Assembly (NCBI GenBank): GCA_902586695.1
Contig: CACIIL010000002.1
Span: 4,633 to 68,632 of the forward strand
DNA: 64,000 nt
From: an uncultured Alphaproteobacteria bacterium
GTDB lineage: Bacteria > Pseudomonadota > Alphaproteobacteria > HIMB59 > GCA-002718135
Direction: 5' to 3'
In this document: in pieces, positions 40,812 through 54,098 of the stretch
Position numbering within the stretch: position 1 is the first letter of the stretch
Layout: every line of letters starts with the position of its first letter
The notes under the pieces: model-generated
What the model saw: the letters and a program-made list of their open reading frames with translations, nothing else
What the model was told of the DNA's origin: nothing
Database searches by the model: none
Program-made: the position numbers and the translations under genes

Positions 40812-41777
40812 ATGAAAAATTTGAAAAAAATTATTATTAATTTTGAAAAATTTTTTTTGAAAAAAACTGCAAAACTAAATAAAAACAAAAATGGAATTAT
40901 TTTTTTATTATTTCACTCTGTCTTTAAAGATTTTAAAGATATAAATTACAACTATATCCATAGTCGCTATGGTTTTACAATTGATGAATACAGATATATA
41001 TTCGAAGAATTTTTAAATGCAGGATATATTTTTATTTCACATGAAGATTTAAAAAATAGTGAGAAATTAAATAATCAAAAAAAATATATATATCTGCATT
41101 TTGATGATGGATATTTTAATAATTACTATATTTTACCTCTATTGAAAGAATATAATATACCCTCACAATTTTTTGTGGTTACCGAAAATATAATAAATAA
41201 TGAAAAATTTTGGTGGGATACAATATTCTATGAGTCTAAAAAAAAAAATAATATTAATTATTATAATGAAATAAACTATTTAGTTAATTTTGAACTTAAT
41301 GAAATAAGAAAATATATAAAAAATAAATATGGATTAAACGCATTAATTCCTAAATCTGATATTGATAGACCTTTTACAGAAATGGAATTAAAAGATTTTA
41401 GTTCAAATAACTATGTTACAATAGGAAATCATACCTTTGACCATACAAATCTAAATATTTTAAATAATAAAAAAATTGAGGAAAATATTATAAATGCAGA
41501 AAAAAAAATTGAAATTTTGACAGGCTATTCACATAAAATTTTTTCATTTCCAAATAGTAACAGAAATAAAATACATACTGAAATTTTAAAAAATTTAAAT
41601 TTTAATTATGCTCTTTCAGAAAAATTTCAAAATTATAAATTAAACCAAATAAATTCAAATAAATTATTAGAATTGGGACGTTACTGCTTTGTAAGAGAGG
41701 AAAATATTGAATGGCAAATAAGGATATGTAATTCTAGATTTTCATTATATTTCTTTTTATCAAAATTGTTTAAGTGA
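40812..41777 (+). CDS. Polysaccharide deacetylase (CE4/NodB family)
   Basis: LLFH, HFDDGY, FWWD, IGNHTFDH, FSFPN; ATG at 40812 just after the GNAT stop. Confidence 0.85.
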   Translation: MKNLKKIIINFEKFFLKKTAKLNKNKNGIIFLLFHSVFKDFKDINYNYIHSRYGFTIDEYRYIFEEFLNAGYIFISHEDLKNSEKLNNQKKYIYLHFDDGYFNNYYILPLLKEYNIPSQFFVVTENIINNEKFWWDTIFYESKKKNNINYYNEINYLVNFELNEIRKYIKNKYGLNALIPKSDIDRPFTEMELKDFSSNNYVTIGNHTFDHTNLNILNNKKIEENIINAEKKIEILTGYSHKIFSFPNSNRNKIHTEILKNLNFNYALSEKFQNYKLNQINSNKLLELGRYCFVREENIEWQIRICNSRFSLYFFLSKLFK

Positions 41778-41806
41778 CTTAAATACTAACTTTTAAATAT
41801 TATTAT

Positions 41807-43177
41807 TTATGAGTGTCTTACTTTTTCAGGAATAATACCTCTGGGCCTGTATCGCAATATAAGAAGTAATACCATTCCCATTAATAAGTACCTAAAATAA
41901 GGAACACTATTTAATAAATGTAAACGAATAGCATTTTGAGGATCCATTCCTGAGGTAAAGAAATTAATTAAAAATGTTGTTAGTGGCGCCACTTCAATCC
42001 ATGCAAACCAAATAACAAATCCGCCAAAGATTGCGCCGAGATTATTACCACTCCCGCCTACAATAACCATAATCCATATAATAAAAGTAAATCGAAGCGG
42101 TCTATACCCAGATGGCGTAAATAAACCATCTAGAGTGACAAGCATCGCTCCTGCTACACCAACTATGGCCGCACCAATAACAAATATAATGAGATGTTGT
42201 TTTACAATATCTTTCCCCATTGCATTTGCTGAGACTTCATTATCACGGATAGCACGCATCATACGCCCCCAAGGAGAGACCTGCGCTTTATTGGCAAAAT
42301 AATAAATTACAATCATAACGATAAAAAATAATACCGCGTAATTTAGTTTTACAAATAAACTGGAGCTATCAATTATTAATTTATTTAATATTTCTTGCTT
42401 TTGATCAGGATCAATTATTTCATTCAGTTTTGATGAGTTAAACCATGTGACCATGTTAATGAACCAATCAGAGGATTGGAGATTAATCTCATATGGTACA
42501 GGTCTTTTAAGACCAATAACGTTTTTAACACCTCGTGATAACCACTCTTCATGTTTAAGAACACTAACAACAATCTCCGATATGCCAAGCGTAACAATAG
42601 CTAAATAATCAGAGCGTAAACCTAGTGCTACTTTTCCAATGAGAAATGCTACACCACCTGCAAAGAAACCTCCTACAGCCCAAGAAAAGATGATCGGTAA
42701 ATTAGCTCCACCTAAAAATCCTGCTAAAGCAGGATCAACTTCTTCAATTTTACTTGTCGCATTTAGAAAAAAATATCTAATGATTATAACTCCGAAAAAT
42801 ATAACTAAGCCGTTTAACCAATATTTAAGAGATTTTTTTTCTACTAATTTGTTAATAAAATATACCGCTATAACTAAACCAATTAATAAGACAAAACTTA
42901 TTCCAAGTCCTGATCCACCAACATGCCAAGCTTCTTTGATGGGTGGATACGATACAAGCACTGCCGCTAAACCACCCATTGCTAAAAAACCCATCACACC
43001 AAAATTAATAACACCCGCATAACCCCATGAAATATTAACTCCCATTGTCATGATTGCGGAGATGATACACATATTAAGAATGACTAAACTAACAGACCAA
43101 CCTTGAATAAAACCAACTAAAATAAATAATGACACCATAATGGATATTGCTGTCCACTCATATTTATCAAAACTCAT
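41807..43177 (-). CDS. livM: Branched-chain amino acid ABC transporter permease (LivM-like)
   Basis: WGYAG..NFG, LRSDYLAI.TLG, SPWGRMMRAIRDNE, VIVGGSGNN.GA. Confidence 0.88.
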   Translation of the reverse strand: MSFDKYEWTAISIMVSLFILVGFIQGWSVSLVILNMCIISAIMTMGVNISWGYAGVINFGVMGFLAMGGLAAVLVSYPPIKEAWHVGGSGLGISFVLLIGLVIAVYFINKLVEKKSLKYWLNGLVIFFGVIIIRYFFLNATSKIEEVDPALAGFLGGANLPIIFSWAVGGFFAGGVAFLIGKVALGLRSDYLAIVTLGISEIVVSVLKHEEWLSRGVKNVIGLKRPVPYEINLQSSDWFINMVTWFNSSKLNEIIDPDQKQEILNKLIIDSSSLFVKLNYAVLFFIVMIVIYYFANKAQVSPWGRMMRAIRDNEVSANAMGKDIVKQHLIIFVIGAAIVGVAGAMLVTLDGLFTPSGYRPLRFTFIIWIMVIVGGSGNNLGAIFGGFVIWFAWIEVAPLTTFLINFFTSGMDPQNAIRLHLLNSVPYFRYLLMGMVLLLILRYRPRGIIPEKVRHS

Positions 43178-44190
43178 TAAAGAACCTTTCCTCTGAAGAT
43201 ACCTGATGGTCTAATTAAAAGCACAATCACAAGAATAGTAAAAGAGACTGCAAATTTATAATCAGTAGATAGTAGTTGTACCAGACTCGAGGGTTCTAAA
43301 TTTTCTGGTAATAAATACTTAAAGAATTTTTTGTATGCGTAGGTGACCATAATCTCTGAAAAGGCAATCACATATCCACCAACAACTGCACCAAAAGGAC
43401 TACCTATGCCACCTACTATGGCAGACGCAAATATAGGTAACACAAGATTTAAATAAATGATGGGCTTATAACTTTTATCCAAGCCATATAATGTTCCCGC
43501 CACACAAGCTAATGTTCCTACAATTAACCATGTAATAAATACAACGCGGTCAGGATTGATACCTGATAGTAGTGCTAAATCTTCATTATCTGAGAATGCA
43601 CGCATTGATTTTCCAGTCTTCGTTTTTTGCAAAAACCAAAAAGTAAAAGTTAATAGCGCAATAGTAATAAGAATAGTAATAACTTGCGAAGATTTTAAGG
43701 CTAGTCCCTCATTTAATCCTGTCATTACCTTAAATTGTTTTGCTTTCATGATGAATTTTTGTCCATCAGAAAATTTAATTGTTTCTGTTCCAACTATAAT
43801 CCTAATAATCGCATTAACGACAAACATAACTCCAATGGAAACCATTGCCAATACAACAGGAACACTTTTTTGTGTTCGATAATATTTAAAAACAAATTTA
43901 TCGGAGAGTAACCCAAGAACAATAGTAGCTAAAATTCCAAATGGCAATGCAATTAGTGCTGTAGGAAGAATGCCTAAACCAATATTTTGTGATTGAAAAA
44001 ACCAGGTAAATAAAATTGTAATCATCGCACCAAATGACATTAGTTCACCGTGCGCAAAGTTAGCAAATCTTAATATAGCGTAAACAAATGTAACACCCAA
44101 CGCACCTAATGCTAATTGAGAGCCGTAGGATAATCCTGGGATGATAACAAAATTAAGGAGAACAACAATAGAATTAATAAAATCAATCAC
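43177..44190 (-). CDS. livH: Branched-chain amino acid ABC transporter permease (LivH-like)
   Basis: ALGALG.T, FANFAHG, G.SMRA.SDN..LA.LSGI, GGIGSP.GA, RPSG; GTG start. Confidence 0.88.
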   Translation of the reverse strand: MIDFINSIVVLLNFVIIPGLSYGSQLALGALGVTFVYAILRFANFAHGELMSFGAMITILFTWFFQSQNIGLGILPTALIALPFGILATIVLGLLSDKFVFKYYRTQKSVPVVLAMVSIGVMFVVNAIIRIIVGTETIKFSDGQKFIMKAKQFKVMTGLNEGLALKSSQVITILITIALLTFTFWFLQKTKTGKSMRAFSDNEDLALLSGINPDRVVFITWLIVGTLACVAGTLYGLDKSYKPIIYLNLVLPIFASAIVGGIGSPFGAVVGGYVIAFSEIMVTYAYKKFFKYLLPENLEPSSLVQLLSTDYKFAVSFTILVIVLLIRPSGIFRGKVL

Positions 44191-44191
44191 A

Positions 44192-44896
44192 TTAACCTCC
44201 CAAAAATGATTTTCTTACTTCAGGATTATTGAGTAAATCTTGCCCACTGCCTTCTCTACTGTGTTTTCCATTAACTAATACGTAACCTCTGTCAGCAATA
44301 TTTAGAGCTTGTTTTGCATTTTGCTCAACCATTAAAATACCTACGCCAGTTTTGCCCACTTCAATAATTCGTGAAAATAATTCATCCATGACAATAGGTG
44401 ATACTCCTGCTGTAGGTTCATCAAGCATTAAAATCTTAGGTTGTGTCATTAATGCTCTACCAAACGCAACTTGTTGACGTTGACCACCTGATAATTCACC
44501 TGCATTCTGATTTCTCTTTTCTTTAAGTACAGGAAAAAGATTGTATATATCTTCAATAGTATGATGAATATCATCAGATCGTATAAATCCACCCATCTCT
44601 AAATTTTCTTCAACAGTCATTCCTGTAAAAACATTATTCGTCTGTGGGACAAAAGCTATTCCTAAATTAACACGATCTTGAGGAAGCATAAAAGTTATAT
44701 CATCTTTTGCAAAACTTACTGATCCATCTGTTAATTTTAGCATTCCTAATAAGGCTTTCATTGCTGTTGATTTTCCAGCTCCATTCGGTCCAACAATAAC
44801 TGCAATTTCTCCTTGTTTTACCTCCAAGTTTATATTTTTAATAATATCTACACCGCCATACCCTGCTGTTAAATTATTACCCGCTAAACTAATCAT
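44192..44896 (-). CDS. livF: Branched-chain amino acid ABC transporter ATPase (LivF-like)
   Basis: GPNGAGKST, FVPQ, LSGGQRQ, LDEPT, VEQNA. Confidence 0.9.
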   Translation of the reverse strand: MISLAGNNLTAGYGGVDIIKNINLEVKQGEIAVIVGPNGAGKSTAMKALLGMLKLTDGSVSFAKDDITFMLPQDRVNLGIAFVPQTNNVFTGMTVEENLEMGGFIRSDDIHHTIEDIYNLFPVLKEKRNQNAGELSGGQRQQVAFGRALMTQPKILMLDEPTAGVSPIVMDELFSRIIEVGKTGVGILMVEQNAKQALNIADRGYVLVNGKHSREGSGQDLLNNPEVRKSFLGG

Positions 44897-45666
44897 TATT
44901 TTTTATTTTTTAAACCTCTGCCTAAATACGCTTCAATTACCTCTTCATTTGATTTCACTTCAGAAAATTTACCTTCAAATAGCACGCTTCCCTCTGCCAT
45001 AACTATTACTGGGTCACAAATTTTTTCTATTAAATCCATATCATGTTCAATAACAAAAAATGTATAGTTTCTTTCTTCATTGAGTCTCAATATTGCATCT
45101 GAAATTTCGTTTAAAAGTGTTCTATTTACTCCAGCACCCACTTCATCTAAAAGAACTAAATTTGCACCAACCATCATAGTTCTTCCAAGTTCCAATAATT
45201 TTTTTTGACCTCCTGATAGATTACCTGCTATTTCTTGAGTTAAATGTTTTAAATTTAAAAATTCTATAACTTCAATTGCTTTAGAACGTATTTCTTCTTC
45301 TTGTTTTTTTACGACCTTATCACCAAATAATGCATAAATTAATTTTTCTCCTCGTTGATTACCAGGAACCATCATTAAATTTTCTAAAACAGTAAGAGAG
45401 GAGAACTCTTGAGCAATTTGAAAAGTTCTTAATACGCCCATATTAAATAATTCATGTGGTTTTAAACCTGCTATATTTTTCTGTTCAAGAAAAATATCAC
45501 CATTTTCTGGCGCATAAAGACCAGCTATTGTATTAAATAAAGTGGTTTTACCAGCTCCATTTGGTCCAATTAATCCTGTTATAGAGCCTTTTTTTACTTC
45601 AAGATTAACATTATTTACTGCTTTTAGACCACCAAAACTTTTATCTAAATTTACAATTTCAAGCAT
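44896..45666 (-). CDS. livG: Branched-chain amino acid ABC transporter ATPase (LivG-like)
   Basis: FGGL.AV, GPNGAGKTT, RTFQ, LSGGQKKLLE, EHDM, V.EAYLG. Confidence 0.9.
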   Translation of the reverse strand: MLEIVNLDKSFGGLKAVNNVNLEVKKGSITGLIGPNGAGKTTLFNTIAGLYAPENGDIFLEQKNIAGLKPHELFNMGVLRTFQIAQEFSSLTVLENLMMVPGNQRGEKLIYALFGDKVVKKQEEEIRSKAIEVIEFLNLKHLTQEIAGNLSGGQKKLLELGRTMMVGANLVLLDEVGAGVNRTLLNEISDAILRLNEERNYTFFVIEHDMDLIEKICDPVIVMAEGSVLFEGKFSEVKSNEEVIEAYLGRGLKNKK

Positions 45667-46759
45667 ATTCTAATTTTTTATAATTATAATTTAATTCTAC
45701 ATTTAAAATTAATCCTATTGATATCATTACTGATAACATAACTGATCCGCCATATGAAATAAGAGGTAATGGAATTCCAACAACTGGCATTAACCCAGAT
45801 ACCATAGCTATATTCATAAAAACATAAATAAACAAATTTGAAGCAACGCCCAAAGCTATTAATCTACCATATACATGAAAACATTTGATGCTAATAAAAT
45901 AACAAACTGAAATTAACATAACAAAAAGAAGAATAATAAATATACTTCCTAAAAAACCAAACTCTTCTCCAATAAGTGTAAAAATAAAATCAGTTTGTTT
46001 TTCTGGAAGAAATTCCAAATATGACTGAGTACCTTTTAAAAATCCTTTTCCAGTAATTCCTCCTGAACCTAGTGCAATTTTTGATTGAATAAGTTGATAT
46101 CCTTGACCCAAAGGATCAGACTCAGGATTTAGAAATGAGATTATTCTACTTTTCTGATATGGTTTAATAAACTCAAAAACCACAGGTATAGAAATTATTG
46201 AAATTATAAATCCAAGTAAAAATTTCCATAACTTAATTCCTGCAAGAAATAAAATAAAAATGCCAAGTATAATTATACTTAATGCTGTGCCTAAATCAGG
46301 TTGAATTATTACAAATATAAATGGAACAAATAAAATTAAAAAAGGAAAAAATAAATAAGATATTTTATGAACATTTATATATTTAATATCATGATAAAAT
46401 TTAGCTAATGCTAATATAATAGTTATTTTAACTAATTCAGAAGGCTGAATACTAAAACCTAAAATTTTAATCCATCTAGTGGCACCTTTGCCAAATACAC
46501 CAATAATTTCTACTGAAAATAACAAAAGTAAACTTAAAATAAAAATATAATATGAATATTTATAAATTAATTTTAAATCAATTATGCTTATAAGTATTGC
46601 TAAAATTAAAAAAATATAAAACCTAACTATGTGTTTAAAAGCCCAAGGATCATATGATCCATCTGCTGCTGAATACAAACCTGCGGAACCTATAAATGAT
46701 AATAAAATAAGTAAAAAAATTAATAAAAAGTTTAAATTTTTTAATTTATTAATAATCAT
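45659..46759 (-). CDS. rodA: Rod shape-determining protein RodA (SEDS family)
   Basis: GATRW, QPSE..K, QPDLGT, GY...QS.IA.GSG, PE..TDFIF....EE.G, G.PLP.ISYGGS. Confidence 0.96.
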   Translation of the reverse strand: MIINKLKNLNFLLIFLLILLSFIGSAGLYSAADGSYDPWAFKHIVRFYIFLILAILISIIDLKLIYKYSYYIFILSLLLLFSVEIIGVFGKGATRWIKILGFSIQPSELVKITIILALAKFYHDIKYINVHKISYLFFPFLILFVPFIFVIIQPDLGTALSIIILGIFILFLAGIKLWKFLLGFIISIISIPVVFEFIKPYQKSRIISFLNPESDPLGQGYQLIQSKIALGSGGITGKGFLKGTQSYLEFLPEKQTDFIFTLIGEEFGFLGSIFIILLFVMLISVCYFISIKCFHVYGRLIALGVASNLFIYVFMNIAMVSGLMPVVGIPLPLISYGGSVMLSVMISIGLILNVELNYNYKKLEYA

Positions 46760-48554
46760 ATTTCAATTTTGTTAATATAATTAAAAATTTGTTTAGCAAT
46801 AGGTGCAGCTGTTGATGCTCCTGAACCACCATGCTCAATTATTACTGATATAGCATATTTAGGATCATCATGAGGCATATATCCAACAAACAAAGCATGG
46901 TCTCTATTTTTCCATTCTTGTTCTTTTTTTCTAAAGTCATCACTTTCTCTCTCAGACAATGTTATTCTTTTAACCTGAGAAGTTCCAGTTTTGCCTGCAA
47001 ATTTAATATCTTCTAATCTAGAACTATAAGCAGTACCTCTACTTTCATTTACTACTTTAAATAATGCTTTTTTTATTATCTTAATCTCATTTAAATATTT
47101 ATTACTTTTTTCAAAATTGTTATTTTGATTTTTAATTAATGTAGGTTTTATATTTTTTCCATCAGAAGCAATTATTGATGTCATTACAGCCAATTGAAGA
47201 GGATTAGTTAAAACAAATCCTTGTCCAATACCTGCAATTAAAGTTTCACCAGCATACCAACTTTCTCCCATCTTATTTTTTTTCCATTTTTTTGTTGGAA
47301 TAATTCCCTTTTTTTGGTTCTGTAATGATATTTCAAAAGTATGATTAAGACCAAAATCTTTTGCAACTGCTGCTATTTTATCTATTCCTAATTCTTTTGA
47401 AATTTCATAAAAAAACACGTCACATGACTGTTTGATCGCTTCAACTATATCCATACTTCCATGACCCTTTGTTTTCCAACAATGATAAAGACGATCACCG
47501 TATTCAATTTTTCCACTACATGTATGTGTTGAGCTAGTATTAATAATACCATGTTTTAATGCAGCTATAGCTACTATCATTTTAAAAGTTGAACCAGGAG
47601 CATAAAGGCCTTGAATACTTCGATTTGTTAAAGGGGATAAATTATTAGATAATAAACTCTCCCAATATAAAGTATTTGGTTTTTCTATAATTTTATTTGG
47701 ATCATATGAAGGTGTAGATGCCATACACAATATTTCACCTGTTTTTATATTAATAACATTAACAGATCCCGCTCTATAAGTATTAAGAAGATTAACTACA
47801 TATTCCTGTATTCTTAAATCTAATGATAAATGTATTTCTTCTCCTTGAACACTTTCAATTTTAGATATTTCTCTTATAACTCTCCCTGAAGAGTTTACTT
47901 CAATTTCTCTTTGACCTGCTTTACCAACTAAAACTGGATTAAATGACTTTTCCAAACCTTGTTTACCAATGTCTAAATTTGGCATTTTTGATATAAAAGG
48001 TAAGGATAATTCTTTTTGATTAGGTTTACTAATATATCCTAATAAATGAGAGAAAATTTCTTTATAAGGATAAACTCTAAGATAGTCTTCAGAAATAAAA
48101 ATGCCTTGTAAGTTATATTTATTTGATTCAATTCTTTCTAATTCTTTCCATGATATATTTTCAAAAATTTTAATCTTTTGAAATTTTTTTACCTTTGAAC
48201 TCAATTCAATTATTTTTCTTCTTTTAGAAAAATCAATTGTTATAAATTTTGATAAGGAATTTAATGTATTATTTATAGAGTTAGTCTTTTCAGGAATCAA
48301 ATATAGATCAAAGACTTTTTCGTTTCTTGCAATTAAATTATTGTTTCTATCAAAAATTTTACCTCTTATTGGAAAAATAATTTCTAAATCAATCTGATTT
48401 TTTTTTGATAAAGTTTTATACTTTGAAGAGTTAAAAATTTGTATATTGTATAAACGCCAACCTACTAATGAAAATAAAGAGATCTTAAGTAAGTATAAAA
48501 AAATGTTCTCCTATTAAAAACAGTTATTTGTTTTTTTTGTTCTGAAAAAAGCAT
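46756..48554 (-). CDS. mrdA: Penicillin-binding protein 2; N-terminus joined through a -1 homopolymer indel
   Basis: PGSTFK, SCD, KTGT motifs. Upstream MLFSEQKKQITVFNRRTF joins LYLLKISLFSLVGWRLY..Q...P.RG.I.DRN if the A7 run at 48497-48503 is really A8. Confidence 0.93.
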
Positions 48555-49042
48555 TACAATTTATCTATTTTAGAAAACATATATAATGAAGGTAAAAACA
48601 TTAATACTGAAATTAGAAATAATAGTCCTAAATCATTATAATTTATTGGATAGTTATATAAAATTCTTGAAATAAAACTTTCAATTACAAACATTATAAA
48701 TACAATTATAATAATTATATATGATATTTTAAAAGATGAAAAATTTAATAAAAATTTTTTTAAAAATTGAAATGCTGTAAGAAAAATTAAAAATGAAATT
48801 ATATGAGGTCCCATATTATTAATTAAATAAATATCAAATAAAACTCCATATAAAAAAAATATAAAATAAAGAGTAAAGTGAAAAAAGTAAAAAATAAAAT
48901 AAATTAATGTTAAATGGAAGAGAACATAAGCTATAAAATTAACAATTTTTAATTCAACAAAATAATTTACTGTTAACGAAAAAGAAAAGAATAAAATAAT
49001 ATGATATATTGTTTTTTGACTACTAAGTAGTTTTGTTAACAT
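48554..49042 (-). CDS. mreD: Probable rod shape-determining protein MreD
   Basis: Highly hydrophobic, G.L.D......G motif, located between mreC and mrdA. Confidence 0.7.
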   Translation of the reverse strand: MLTKLLSSQKTIYHIILFFSFSLTVNYFVELKIVNFIAYVLFHLTLIYFIFYFFHFTLYFIFFLYGVLFDIYLINNMGPHIISFLIFLTAFQFLKKFLLNFSSFKISYIIIIIVFIMFVIESFISRILYNYPINYNDLGLLFLISVLMFLPSLYMFSKIDKL

Positions 49043-49863
49043 TATTTAGATTCAACAACCTGCACATATTCAATATTTTTAAAATCAACAAAAGGCAATA
49101 CATAATACCTATCTTTCGAAGCTTTGACAATTTTACCTACTAAAATATCAGATGGGAAGATTTGGGCTGTTCCACTTGTAACAACAAGATCGCCAATTTT
49201 AGGAGTTTGTTCTCCTTTTTTAAAGATACTTACTAAGTGTATTCCGTCATCAGCTCCTTGAAGTAATGAAAAATTTTCATTGAAGATTGTTTTAACTGCT
49301 ATTGATGAGTTTGGATCAGTTAAGAGCATAACTTTTGAGGTCTCTATTGATGTTTCTATAGTTCTTCCTAAAAGACCTCTGTGATTAATAACTGCCATTT
49401 GATTAAGAATTCCATCTTTTAATCCTGCATTAATATTAATCATTTTGCCATACATAAAATCATTTCTACTTATCAATGAGGCTGTTTTTACAAGTGATAG
49501 CGAATTATCTGTTGAGTTAAGAAGTTTTTTAAAAACTCTATTTTCTTTAGTATTTTGAATAGCTAAAGTTTGCCATTTCTTTAATCTCATAATTTCTTCT
49601 TTAAGAATATGATTTTCGGTCTTTAAATTTTTAAAATCAGATATTTGAGACTTTATATTTGATGCAAGCTTAATTGGAGCTGCCACAAACGATGTTATCG
49701 GATGTAAATAACTATTAGAAATTGATTTAAATTTATTTACTATTACATAATCAGATTTAGAAAATAAAATTAATAAAAAAGATAATAAAAAAATAATTGA
49801 TAAAGATAAATTTTTTAAAAATTTTGATCTTGATATTGCTTTAACTTTAAATGATAGGGCCAT
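49042..49863 (-). CDS. mreC: Rod shape-determining protein MreC
   Basis: TM plus coiled coil (EN..LK), INAG..DG, GL.GR, V.L.TD, GD.VVTSG....FP....VG. Confidence 0.92.
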   Translation of the reverse strand: MALSFKVKAISRSKFLKNLSLSIIFLLSFLLILFSKSDYVIVNKFKSISNSYLHPITSFVAAPIKLASNIKSQISDFKNLKTENHILKEEIMRLKKWQTLAIQNTKENRVFKKLLNSTDNSLSLVKTASLISRNDFMYGKMININAGLKDGILNQMAVINHRGLLGRTIETSIETSKVMLLTDPNSSIAVKTIFNENFSLLQGADDGIHLVSIFKKGEQTPKIGDLVVTSGTAQIFPSDILVGKIVKASKDRYYVLPFVDFKNIEYVQVVESK

Positions 49864-49868
49864 AAGAT

Positions 49869-50915
<1,047 letters not shown>

Positions 50916-52472
50916 TTATACTCCTTCTATTTTAATTTCGGCAGATTTTTTTACAATTGATTTAGTTTTTTTAAATAATAATCTATTTAAAGCACTAATA
51001 TATGCTTTTGCAGAAGCAACAATTATATCTGGATCACTCCCTTTTGCTTGAGAAGATAGGTCATTATCCTCAAGGCGGACAGTTACTTCACCTTGGGCAT
51101 CAGTACCTGCGGTTATAGCATTTACCTGGAATAACTTAAGATGAAAATCTGTATTAGTGATTATTTTAATAGCATTAAAAGTAGCGTCAACTGGCCCATT
51201 ACCTTGACTAATATTAGTAGCTTTTTTTTGATCCATAATTAATGTCAATTTAGCTTCATGCTTAGAAAGAGAGCCTGCATTTACCTCTAATGATACAAAT
51301 TTAATATGTTCATCGTATGTCATTGACCTTTCACCTGCTAGAGCAATAAGATCTTCTTCAAAAATTTCTTTTTTCTTATCAGCTAGATCTTTAAAACGAC
51401 CAAAAAGTTCCATTAAAGTATTATCACCAAAATCATAACCTAATTCTTTAAGTTTCTCTGAAAATGCATGTTTTCCTGAATGTTTACCTAACACAAGTGA
51501 TGATTTGTTTAATCCTACAGATTCAGGAGTCATAATTTCATATGTTTCTGCATTTTTTAACATTCCATCTTGATGAATACCGGCTTCATGAGCAAATGCA
51601 TTTGCTCCGACTATTGCTTTATTTGGTTGAACTGTGAAACCAGTAATAGAAGAGACTAATCTTGATGCTTTAGTGATATATTCTGACTTAACGTTTGTAT
51701 GAAAAGGAATTAAATCTTTTTTAACCTTCAAAGTCATCACAACTTCTTCAAGTGCTGCATTTCCAGCTCTTTCCCCTAAGCCATTTATTGTGCACTCAAC
51801 TTGTCTCGCGCCTTCTTGAATAGCAGCTACACTGTTCGCTACAGCTAATCCTAAATCATTATGTGTATGGGTTGATAAAATTGCTTTATCTATGTTTGGA
51901 ACATTATTTTTTACAGATTTAAAAATAGAACCAAACTCAGAAGGTAAAGTAAAACCTACAGTATCAGGAATATTAATTGTCGTTGCGCCAGAGTTTATAG
52001 CAAGTTCAATGCATTTGTATAGAAAATCTAAATTAGATCTTCCTCCATCCTCACAACTCCACTCAATATTATCACATAAATTTCTTGCATGTGTAACAGT
52101 ATGTTTTATGGCATCCAAAACCTCCTCTTCAGTCTTTTTAAGTTTAAATTTCATATGAATTGGACTAGTTGCAATAAAAGTGTGAATACGAGGTGACTTA
52201 GCATGTTTAACAGCTTCCCATGCCCTATCAATATCTACAAGCTTTGCTCTTGCAAGACCAGCAACAGTTGAATTTTTAATATTTTTACTTATCTCAGATA
52301 CTGCCTCAAAGTCTCCATTGGAAGCTATAGGGAAACCTGCTTCAATAATATCAACTTGCATCTCCTCTAAAAGTTGAGCAATTTGCATCTTTTCATCAAG
52401 ATTCATAGTAGCTCCTGGAGATTGTTCTCCATCTCTTAAAGTTGTATCAAAAATGTAAACTCTATCACTCAT
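50916..52472 (-). CDS. leuA: 2-isopropylmalate synthase
   Basis: DTTLRDGEQSPG, H.HNDLG, NGLGERAGN, HEAGIHQDG, GNGPVDA regulatory domain. Confidence 0.97.
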   Translation of the reverse strand: MSDRVYIFDTTLRDGEQSPGATMNLDEKMQIAQLLEEMQVDIIEAGFPIASNGDFEAVSEISKNIKNSTVAGLARAKLVDIDRAWEAVKHAKSPRIHTFIATSPIHMKFKLKKTEEEVLDAIKHTVTHARNLCDNIEWSCEDGGRSNLDFLYKCIELAINSGATTINIPDTVGFTLPSEFGSIFKSVKNNVPNIDKAILSTHTHNDLGLAVANSVAAIQEGARQVECTINGLGERAGNAALEEVVMTLKVKKDLIPFHTNVKSEYITKASRLVSSITGFTVQPNKAIVGANAFAHEAGIHQDGMLKNAETYEIMTPESVGLNKSSLVLGKHSGKHAFSEKLKELGYDFGDNTLMELFGRFKDLADKKKEIFEEDLIALAGERSMTYDEHIKFVSLEVNAGSLSKHEAKLTLIMDQKKATNISQGNGPVDATFNAIKIITNTDFHLKLFQVNAITAGTDAQGEVTVRLEDNDLSSQAKGSDPDIIVASAKAYISALNRLLFKKTKSIVKKSAEIKIEGV

Positions 52473-52536
52473 TTATATTCACCTATACACCATTATTTAT
52501 CAATTTTAAATTAATGACTTAATCTCCTAAAATATT

Positions 52537-54097
<1,561 letters not shown>

Positions 54098-54098
<1 letters not shown>

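Noticed and set aside
52473-52536. Leader-peptide attenuator or riboswitch before leuA (or ilvI)
   Set aside because: The gaps are under 70 bp, with no Leu/Ile/Val-rich leader ORF and no GC hairpin.
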